Source: Elsinoe ampelina (Eukaryota). From it: a DNA stretch of 64,000 nucleotides. Of the stretch, positions 25,920 through 35,864 are shown piece by piece; positions within the stretch are counted from its first letter, which is position 1; every line of letters starts with the position of its first letter. A program made the translations under genes and the position numbers. Below the pieces are notes generated by a model. It had not been told where the DNA came from and did no database searches. It was given only the letters and a program-made list of their open reading frames with translations. Location of the stretch: NCBI GenBank assembly GCA_010093995.1, contig ML992510.1, positions 1,119,339-1,183,338 of the forward strand. The letters are read 5' to 3'.

Positions 25920-27689
25920 ATGCTTGACATCTACCAGTCCGTCTCTAAGTACCCCTATAACCTTGGCTCCCACTCCCGGAAAGTGACCACCCCAAACGCT
26001 GATGCGCAGACATGGTTCGACCGCGGACTTATCTGGCTCTTTGGATTCAACCTGGATGAAGCTGCAAGATGCTTCACGCAGGCAATCGCCTGCGATGATG
26101 CGTGTCCGATGGCACACTGGGGCCTGGCATACGCACTGGGTCCGCACTACAACTTTGGCTGGCTTTCACAGGGTGAGGCGGCGAGGACCGCGACGGTGCA
26201 GAAGACCTTTGCTGCTGCACAGCGTGCTCTCTCAGTAGCCAGTAAGACTTCCTATATCACTCCCGTGGAGAAGGCGTTGGTTCGCGCCATACAAGCTCGG
26301 TATCCGCAGCAGACGCCACCAACGACGCTGGAGGAGTTTGGCGAGTGGAATCGTGGATATGCGGATGCTATGGAAGGAGTCTACCGTGAGTTCCCGGACG
26401 ATCTCGATGTCGCTGCACTTTATGCCGATGCTATGATGACCTTGACGCCGTGGAGACTATGGGATGTATCGAATGGGACACCAACTCCTGGTGCAAGGAC
26501 ATTGCAGGCCAAGGTTGTATTGGAGAAAGCATTGGGATCTCCCGGCGCACATGACCATCCTGGTCTGCTGCATTTGTATATCCACCTGATGGAGATGTCT
26601 CCGAACCCAGAGCTCGCCATACCTTTCGCCAACCTCCTACGAGGTCTGACGCCCGACAGCGGTCATCTCCAGCACATGCCTTCTCACATCGACGTTTTGG
26701 TAGGCGCCTACGATCAAGCAGCCACAGCGAATCAAATCGCCGGGACAGTCGACGACGTCTACCTCGAACGCCGCGGCCTCAACAGCGTCTACACCACCTA
26801 CGTCCTCCACAACATCACCTCGCTCATCTTCGCCGCCATGATGGCCGGCAACTCCACCGCGGCCCTCCAAGGCTGCGACCGCCTCGAACACATCCTCACC
26901 GAAACCTTCCTCTCCACCAAAGAACCCCGCATGGCCGACTTTGCAGAATCCTTCCTCTCCACCCGGCCCCACGTCCTCATCCGCTTCGGCCGCTGGACCG
27001 ACATCCTCTCCCTCCCCATCCCCCACGACCCAATCCTCTACTGCGTCACCACCACCACGATCCACTACGCCAAAGCCATCGCCCACGCAGCCCTCGACCA
27101 CATCCCCCCGGCCGTCCACCACCAGCGCCTCTTCCTCTCCTCCCTCGCCACCGTCCCCGACTCCCGCCTCACCTACCCCAACAACTGCCGCAAAGTCCTC
27201 GCCGTCGGCCAAGTCATGCTCGACGGCGAACTCGCCTACCGAAAGGGGGAGTACGATCTCGCGTTCCGTCGGCTCCACGACGCCGTCGCCATCGAGGACG
27301 CGCTGGGCTACTCCGAGCCGCCTGCGTGGATGGTGCCGGCGCGTCACGCCGCGGCTGCGTTGTTGCTCGAGCGGGACCGTGTGAGGGAGGCGGCGCGGCT
27401 GTACGCTGATGATCTGGGCGTGGTGTTTGAGGGGGTGCAGCCGGCGTTGCCGCGCGCGAGGAGGCATCCGAGGAATATGTGGGCTTTGGCGGGGTATGGG
27501 GAGTGTTTGGAGAGGTTGGGGATGGAGGGGGAGAGGGGCGAGGTGGAGAGGGAGTTGGAACGGGCGAGGAGGGGGGCGGATGTCAGGGGGGAGGTGAGTT
27601 GTTTTTGTCGGACGGGGAAAAGGGCGGAGGGGAAGGAGAAGAAGGGGGTCACAGCGGAAGGGGTGGGGAGGACATTGGAGAAATTATGA
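25920..27689 (+). CDS. TPR-repeat protein of an uncharacterised family
   Basis: AQTWFDRGL..CPMAHWGLAYALGP, HPGLLHLYIHLME, GHLQHMPSHID and HPRNMWAL; 589-aa intronless ORF. Confidence 0.8.
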   Translation: MLDIYQSVSKYPYNLGSHSRKVTTPNADAQTWFDRGLIWLFGFNLDEAARCFTQAIACDDACPMAHWGLAYALGPHYNFGWLSQGEAARTATVQKTFAAAQRALSVASKTSYITPVEKALVRAIQARYPQQTPPTTLEEFGEWNRGYADAMEGVYREFPDDLDVAALYADAMMTLTPWRLWDVSNGTPTPGARTLQAKVVLEKALGSPGAHDHPGLLHLYIHLMEMSPNPELAIPFANLLRGLTPDSGHLQHMPSHIDVLVGAYDQAATANQIAGTVDDVYLERRGLNSVYTTYVLHNITSLIFAAMMAGNSTAALQGCDRLEHILTETFLSTKEPRMADFAESFLSTRPHVLIRFGRWTDILSLPIPHDPILYCVTTTTIHYAKAIAHAALDHIPPAVHHQRLFLSSLATVPDSRLTYPNNCRKVLAVGQVMLDGELAYRKGEYDLAFRRLHDAVAIEDALGYSEPPAWMVPARHAAAALLLERDRVREAARLYADDLGVVFEGVQPALPRARRHPRNMWALAGYGECLERLGMEGERGEVERELERARRGADVRGEVSCFCRTGKRAEGKEKKGVTAEGVGRTLEKL

Positions 27690-27851
27690 GGTCATGGTAC
27701 GATGTGATTATGAATTTGAACGCCTTTCGGTCCCACAGTCTGTGAGCTCACGGTGTCTGTCCCCTACGACTCTTGTCATGTTGTCCGCACAGCTCTCGCC
27801 GACGACCTCGTTCCCCGGTCCCCAATTCGTCTTCCTACGGAGGTAGCCTCA

Positions 27852-29417
27852 CTACTTCCCCATACTCCCCTCTCCCTTCTCCCCCCTCCCCCTCCCCTCC
27901 CCCATCTCCTCAATCCTCTCCACCGCCACCTCCGCGTTCCCCCTCCTCCCCACCCTCCTCCCCATCCCCTCCCACTCCTCCCTCCCCAACACCCTCTCCC
28001 ACGCCCCCTCCTCCCCCGCAAACCGGACCCAATCCCCTTCCTCCCCACCCAGACTCTCCACCATCACCCCAGCGTAACGCAGCCACTCCCCGCTCTCGAC
28101 CACGCACCACCCCTCCCCTTCATACGGTCCACATATCCTCTCCCCGTGAGCCAGGGCGCGGACGACTTTACTCGCGTGCCCGTCGTCTGGCCATGTCTTG
28201 ACTGCCTCGAATACCCCGTCCCACGTCCTGTGCTGCTTGAGAGGATGGTACACCTCCCTACTCACCGCCTCGGGATGGAGGGCGGGGCAGCGCATCCCCA
28301 TGTAGAGAAGGACCGCGTGACGGGCGTGCCATTCTAGGAGACGAAGCTTGTTGGTCTCCGCGAGCCAGGGGAAGGAGAGGAAACGAGGGAAGAAGAACGA
28401 GGCGTTGAGGAGGTGGATGAGGAAGAAGTCGAGTTTGGGGCGTTTGAGGAGGGAGGGGTGTTGGGATGTGAGGATTAGGTGGGTGAGGGTTGAGTATTGC
28501 TCTGCTAGGGCTTGGGGGAGGGATGAGAGGGGGGAGGGAGGGGAGACGGGGTTTGGAGGAGGGGAAGGGAAAGAAGGGTTGGGCGATGGAGAGGGGGGGG
28601 AGGAGAGGGTGTACTGGGAGGCAAGGGAGATGAGGGGCTCCCAGGCGTGGTCGAGGATGGAGTCGACGAGGTCGAGGGAGGTGGACTGTTGGGCTGCGTT
28701 GAGGAAGGTGGGGTTGGCGCGGGCGGCGTGGAGGAGTGGGAGTAGGGGCTGTGGTGTGGTGATGGTTGTGGCGCGCTGTTCGGTGGCGAGGAAGAAGGGG
28801 AGGAGAAAGGCGCTGTGAACAGCTGTCATGGCGAGGGCTTCGGCGACCAGAGGGAGAGATGAGGTTTCGAGGGCGAAACCGAGATGGAGGAGAGGATGGA
28901 TGACGCCGCCAAAGAAACGAGCGAGCATGTCATCTGCGAGTGGAGTGCGGGCGAAGAGGTACTTGTTGACTGTCTCAGGAATGCCATCTGCATGAAGAGT
29001 CTGGCGGAAGAAGGTGAGGTAGTCGGAGTAGTTTTCTTGCTTTCCAAGGCATGATTGGAATGTCTCTTCGTTGGACAGGTCCTCGATGATCTGATTGTGA
29101 ATGGGAAATCGATCGCGTTGGTAGCTGGAGTTGTTGTCGTAGGCGACTTGGATATCCTCGGGGGAGGCGCCAATAGCTAGCAGCGTGATCAAGTGGTGGA
29201 CAATGTGATTGTGGAAGCCTTTGTCGTTGAAGTAGATGTCTGTAGACCATTAACAAAGGAGTGAGAGGACGACTGAGATGCATGTACCATGCTCTTCGTG
29301 GTTCTGCGTGAGCAGACGTGAAGTCACTCGGACGGACTCGGAATTGATATTGGAAGCCGCAAAGATCAAATCGTTAGGGCTAGATATCTCCAGCTGGATA
29401 TCCGAAATGGTAGCCAT
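27852..29417 (-). CDS. Questin oxidase / AflY / HypA-family oxidoreductase; intron near 29240-29288
   Basis: GFHNHIVHH, HPLLHLGFALE, LDFFLIH and DDGHASKVVRAL motifs. Confidence 0.88.
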
Positions 29418-30766
29418 GTTGTGAACCCGCAGGTGGCTTTGCTAAACAACTGACTCTGGTATGATGATATACCAGTAATGTCGACCGTGTGACCACGGAG
29501 GACGGAGGGATAAACGCTCCAGATGTGCATTCAACTTGGCTAATATGCACATCATGTCACACAGGTGGACCAGAAGGTATGCAGCGTCCTAGCTGGAGAG
29601 GAGATCAGGACACCAGGTCCACTGATCTTGGCGCCGGTCTTGTCGGTCTTGTCGGCGTCTCAATGCTTGTGAACAGAAGAGTCTAGCCGGTCTTGACACC
29701 GTAATTGCAATCGCAGGAGCGGTGACATCCAAAGAGGTCCCCGCTTCATGCTTTGTCAGCGAAAATGCCTCTCATCATGTGCGGGGAACGACCTGATGTG
29801 TTTGATCCGCAAAGGTGGAGAAGTCACATGAGGAGCTCCTATAGTAGAGGGTGCATGGCTCGCGCAAGACGATTGGCAACGATCCAGGTATTCGCTGACT
29901 GCGATGTTTGCGACCATGGAGGACGAAGAGCTCCGGGAATAAGAGCATGTGAGGTGCTGAGCGCTGCGATATCAGTCCAGAGTAGTCACCGACAACGACT
30001 TTGGAGGAAAGTCATTGCAGGTTTTGCGTGGACACAGGTACGTTCCGTGATATTATCAAGAGACGGAAGAGTAGAACATTGTTGTGACAGTGTCAAATTG
30101 CACAGAGAATTGATTAGTCAGCGAGGATACTTGCAGACAACCCTCCTCCCTGACCTCTTTATTCATGTTGACAGCCAGCTCCAAAACTCAGATTATGGTT
30201 TTAGTCACCGAGGAGACTATCTGAGATATGAGCTGTCAGGGCAATCAGGCCACCACCGTCTTGTCGAACTCGGCAGTTCTGGGATACCCTTCGCCTATTC
30301 AGTGTTCCAGAGCAGTGCCGACAGGCGATTCGGTAGCAATTCTCTAACAGAAACAACTCGCGAGATATAGTTGAAGTACTGAGACACGTAACACAGCAGA
30401 TCAGACATAACGGTAGAACGTGCCACTTGGCTTCACGCCTGTCTTGCCGTCCTTCAACTTGGCTTCTCGCTAATCTTCTTGCCGGATGTGAATCGTTCTC
30501 AGTCCCGGCAGTTGGGATCTACCGCTCGTAAAACCCGTCAAGAAGAAGCTATGAACTGCTCATTCTTGGTTGTTCTTGCTTCTTCTACGATACATTCGCC
30601 GTTGAGCCCGAATAACGGCGTTTACGACCATAAACCTGCATGTTGTAGCACGTATCATCTTGGATCTATGAGAATCTTTGCGAAGAATCTGATAATGACA
30701 ATCAATATATATATACTCCTAGGTTTGCATGACAGGTAAGAGCTCAGCACCAGTTGATCTGGCAAA

Positions 30767-32831
30767 ATGGCATTCATGATTTCCTTTCTCGTTACTATTC
30801 TTGCTTTCTTTTCTTCAAGCGTTTCTGCTGCATCTTGTTCTTCTGCCGATGTTGCTCAGATCAGGTCATCTGCAGCACATCCTTTGACTTTCTGTAATTT
30901 CTATCTTTCCATGTACGTCAACCAAGCACAATTACTCGAGACCAAGCTAACAACCTACAGTCCCAGGACCCGCACTCCTTTCAAAAAATTGTCTATGCTC
31001 AAGACCAAGAAAGCCTGCAAATGTATTGTCAGATCTCGCAGTGACAAGAGCACCTTCAAGCGAACTGCGCCAGCCATCAAATCACCTTCTCCCAGGTGTT
31101 CTGTCAAGGATATGGCAGCAGTTCAAGATGCTTTCTCTCGTGCAAAGGACTTCTGTGTCTTCTGGATTCCTCCTACGTATGGCTTCTCGTTGTCGATCAC
31201 AGACTTGCACTGACCGTCATAGTGATCGCGAGCGCCGACCGATTCCTAATCTCACGGTTGATCGCACCAATACTGCTTGCATTTGCATCAAGGGTCAGAA
31301 GCCACCCGCGGTCAAGACATCTTCTATCGGAACCATGAAGCCAATTACAAGGCGGCCGCGCAATTCATTCTTATCCTCGTCTAGTGCTCTGGTAAGCACG
31401 ACCACAAGTCTAATTGTTTCCACGACCTCCTCGACGACCACGACTACAACCACAACTAATATACCTACGACTACACGTACGACTACTTCTACAACTACTT
31501 CCTCACTTCCCACATCTAGTCTCGCAACCTCCACAACTACCACTTCAACTTCAACGATCACGACGACAAGCACGACTACAAGACCGACGACTACAACAAC
31601 CACTAGCTCCACAACCACCACAAGCCCGACTACAAGTACAACCACAACAACCACTAGCTCTAGCACAACTTCGACAACTTCTACCATTAGTGAGACAACC
31701 ACCGCCACCACCACCACCACCACCACCACTACTACTACCACTACTACTACCACCACCACAAGTGACGCAGCTACAACTACTACTTCAACAACTACGACTA
31801 CGACTACAACTTCGGACCAGCCGACGACAACGACAACAACATCAACCAGTACGACTGATGAGCCTACCACAACGACTAGCACTACTACTTCAAGTACAAC
31901 TACTACTACAAGTGATACGACAACAACCACAACCACAACTACAACTGATGAGCCTACCACTACGACTACTACTACTGCAAGTACAACTACTACTACAAGT
32001 GATATGACAACAACCACTACCACAACTACAACAGTTGAGCCTACTACAACTACTACCGCCACCACCACCACCACTACTACTACGAGTGAGACAACTACAA
32101 CCACAACTACTACCATTGAAACCACTACCACTACCACTACTACCACAACCACTACAAGCGATGAACCGACTACAACAACAACGACAACCACCACTCTAGA
32201 GCCTACGACAACCACTACTACAACCACAACTCTAGAGACCACTACGACGACCACTACAACCACCACCCTTGAGCCAACGACGACCACAACAACCAGTGAG
32301 ACTACAACCACCACAACGACGACAACAACTACTACCACTTCCACTACTACAACAACTTCGTCTCTCGCCACCGGGACACCTTTCGCAATTCAAATCCGGA
32401 CCTCAAACGCCAACTACAACAACAAATACCTCAAGCTCGCAGCTTTCGACAGCGCAAGCGACTACACAGTAGCCCCCTTCGGTAACACGCCACAAGAAGG
32501 TTTCAAGTTCGCTTATGACGCATCGAGCCAAAGCCTGGTCGAAGCCAGCTTCCATGAGACCTTCACCTTCACCATCCACACGCCATTCGGCGCCAATCCT
32601 ATAGCTCTCTTCACATCCCGGGACTCGACGACATACAGTCCATCCCAAGCCTTGTGTTCCATATCCGAGGTTCCAGCGACTCTAGGTTTGATTACTTGCA
32701 TGACCAAAGCGAAGCAGACTTACAAGCTTATCGTGAACACGAGCACGGGATGGATGTATTGGACGCAGGCGAATACGGCCTCATTCTCGGGATATGTGGA
32801 AGCGACGCTGTATATGGTGTCTTTACCTTAG
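30767..32831 (+). CDS. Secreted mucin-like protein: signal peptide, two 4-Cys modules, Thr-rich stalk, C-terminal globular domain; introns 30913-30960 and 31177-31222
   Basis: Hydrophobic N-terminus; canonical introns join ORFs 30767 and 31026 in frame; about 320 Thr/Ser-rich residues. Confidence 0.8.
31395..32360 (+). repeat. Degenerate (ACN)n coding repeat with recurring TTTTSDEPTT / TTTLEPTT units
   Basis: Directly visible in the sequence. Confidence 0.95.
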
Positions 32832-33124
32832 TTGAGGTGAATGGCGGATAAGAGGAAGAGCGTAATTACAAATTCGGGATCATTTGCTGGCAAGTTTGGG
32901 GTATGCACTGTGTGATCGCATGGTGTATAGCACCACGGATGTGGGTACAGCGACGGGGGTCAGTCGTTATATTCGAATCTATCTGCTACATTTGAATGTA
33001 CCTGTTGCGTCCCACATATTCCTCCCGAGCCGACACAGAGCCATGGTTTCCATCCTGCTAGGTGTGCCTAGCCTGCATCCGTCCTCCTGCGATTGCAGCT
33101 ACAGTGTGGCGTATTCTGTACTGA

Positions 33125-33436
33125 TCAGCTGATACAACTCGATAGATCATGGCACAACTCACAGCGACGCTGATTCTGATTTCTGTTTGCCATTCTCTTG
33201 GACTGAGAAGATTGTCCGACACGCTCCAGAATCTCCCTGGTCGCTTCATCCTGCAAGCCCGAAGTCAGGGAACCTCGCTCCTTGGCTTGGTCTTCGGTGA
33301 GAAGAGGACCCGCTGAGCCCGTATGGACCTGTCCCGTGGTTCGACTGGCGCTGGTGTTTGCCGATGTTGATGAGCTGGTAGTGCCCTGGCTAGTTGAGCT
33401 GTTGCCTTGGTTTGAGGAGCTACTGTTGTTGGACAT
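33125..33436 (-). CDS. Small Ser/Thr/Asn-rich hypothetical protein
   Basis: ATG-initiated ORF with a TATA-like TATAAG about 135 bp upstream and a possible 3' intron (GTGAGT..GCTGAT..CAG). Confidence 0.4.
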   Translation of the reverse strand: MSNNSSSSNQGNSSTSQGTTSSSTSANTSASRTTGQVHTGSAGPLLTEDQAKERGSLTSGLQDEATREILERVGQSSQSKRMANRNQNQRRCELCHDLSSCIS

Positions 33437-33940
33437 GCTTGCAGATTGCTTGTACTATATGTCTATTTCTGCTGTCGAATCTTCTGGAGGGTAGATGATC
33501 TGGGGTACTGGAGGAAGGGTCTGGAAGATGATGTTGTTGAACAAGGATATGGAAGAGTCCCTACCGTCCTTATAGACCACTTAGGCGCTGGGTCGTGCCA
33601 CTCATCTCGAGGCGCGGTGCATAGAATAGCATAGCCACAACAAAGTTGGGCCCATCGGCACCACTAGCTTCAGCGCCTCAGTCTGAGATGAGACAGGCAC
33701 GGTCAAGTCCCCGAAATCGTGCATCCAGGACCAGAGATCACAAGGATGATACTCATGATCCGAGCAGGACTTGTGACACTCAGCGCTTCGAGCCTCCGAT
33801 TTATTTCCGGCTCAGTCATGATGTCGTGTGATGGATGTTTGTCAGGCATTGCCTATTGGAGGATTTGACGCTGAAGCGGGGATGTTGAGAGCCGTGAGGC
33901 TTTGACCGCGGTGTGATTGTGGCACAGCTGCAGCTGGTTT

Positions 33941-34081
33941 TGTTGTAACTGGCAAATCGGATCGAGAGACGTGTGTTTCAGTCAGTGAGGTACAATAACC
34001 GATTATCTACTGTGCGTGCGCTGACTCATCAGTACCAGTTCTTCAGTACCAGAGAAGCTGTACCAGTCTTCCATTACAACA
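33941..34081 (-). mobile_element. Solo LTR (141 bp) with 5-bp target-site duplication
   Basis: TGTTGTAA...TTACAACA inverted termini, flanked by GGTTT at 33936-33940 and 34082-34086; near-identical to 479-620. Confidence 0.93.
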
Positions 34082-34214
34082 GGTTTCAGCAATCGCCGCC
34101 ATTCCAAGGCCACTGGACTTCGAACGAATTCAGGATTCCTGGAAACATGCGATCTCAGCTTAGTGGTCCGAAGAAAATATCCGAGCATGACCTTCACTTG
34201 TGATTCACAACAAG

Positions 34215-35677
34215 ATGGATTTCGATGATCGTGTGGAAGACCGACACAAGGCAGAAGCGTGGGAATGGTTCGAGCAGTTGAAGAAGGAAGCGGCCAACAT
34301 CGACACATGGATATCGACGTTCCGCAATGGAGACCCATCTGCCCCCTTGAAAGAGCAGATGGCCGGATCTTTCAATTGGTGTGTCACTGTCAAATTCTAC
34401 AGCGATGGAAAGAAATGGATTGTTCGTTTTGCTGTACCTGGCAAAGTCATGGACCCAGATGGCAAAATGTTTAGAGAGGTTGCGGCTATGCGATTCATCA
34501 AGGAGAATACCTCGATACCGATTCCCACCATACACGGATACGGTCCCGCGGCAGAGAACCCGTTGGGCCTTGGGGCATTCATCATCATGGACTTCATCGA
34601 GGGAGTCTCACTGGTCGATCTGTGGTCGGACAGACCAGAGGCAGCTGGCAAGCGGATCCTGAAGACCGATATACCAGACCAAGATCTACGATACGTCTAC
34701 AGTCAGGTCTCTTGCTTCTTGCTCGAACAGCGGGAAATGCCGTTCAAGCGAATCGGCTCACTGGCTCCAAGATCAGACGGCACTTTCGAGGCAAGCGTCC
34801 CGCCACTCACGCACAAGATGCAAGAGATCAATGCTCATGGAGGCATTCCCGTTGGAGGTAATGCACGTCCGATGCTATGGTATCGTGAAGAACCAGGCTG
34901 ACAGGTCGATCAGGTGGACCATCTGAAACGTTTAGCTCGACCACAGAATACTTCAATCACGTAGCCTCACTCAGCCTTCGCCAGCTCGAGGAGCAAGCCA
35001 ACTCCATCGACGATGCCGAAGATGGGCGGCAGAAATATATCAATCAGAAGCGTTTCGAAGCCATCATACCTCGATTTGTCGATGCTGAGCACGACAGCGG
35101 AAGCACATACTTGGTTTGTGATGACTTCAGGCTCGGTAATATGCTTGTCCGAAGCGAGACGGACTTGACCGTGGTGGCAGTCCTGGATTGGGAATGGTCT
35201 TATGCTGCTCCCTACCAAATGTTCTCTTCGCCACCACGGTGGCTCGTCATCGATTTGCCATACGAATTTGATGATGATAAGTATGTTCAGTACACGAAGC
35301 TACTGGACCTATTTCTAGAGGTCTTGAGTGAGGAGGAAACGAAAAGAGAGCATCCCGATTTGTGCAGTACGAGCGATGGGGATTCGCAAGCCATCACAAT
35401 GACGCCGCCAACCGACCCATCACGAGTGAGGCTTTCCGCCCGTATGCGGGGAACGCTCGAGGACGGCAAATTCTGGTTCCACGAGCTCATACAGAATTGC
35501 TATATCGGGGCAGACAACGAGCCCTGGTGGCGGCTGACCCAGCAATATCCTGATCTACTCAATTTGCCTATTGATGAGCAGGATGTCGAAGCTTTCGTGG
35601 CGAGGAAGATGAAGGACAAGGGAGAATACGATGCCGATCGACAGCGGACGTTGGCATCTAGGGAGCATAGCAGATAA
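34215..35677 (+). CDS. APH/choline-kinase-fold phosphotransferase; intron 34858-34913
   Basis: GSFNWC, WIVRF, EVAAMRFI..IPIPTI, CDDFRLGNMLV and VLDWEW motifs. Confidence 0.88.
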
Positions 35678-35864
35678 AACTTAGCATGATATTTTGATCC
35701 ATTTGTGTGAAGTGCGAGTGTTCGAGGGAGGACGATCAAGATTTGGTTGTGAAATCACGTGCTCCGGAGCCGCGTTCGCGCTCAAATTCCACTGTACGCG
35801 TACAGCACCCAACGCGTATCTCTCCACCACATGTATAACGAGATGCACCTCGGTGAACTACAGG

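Noticed and set aside
13711..29417. Secondary-metabolite cluster (FMO, MFS pump, questin oxidase)
   Set aside because: No PKS, NRPS, terpene synthase or pathway regulator; the genes are interrupted by BEM3.
31295..32371. 358-aa poly-Val ORF on the minus strand
   Set aside because: Antisense shadow of the Thr repeat.
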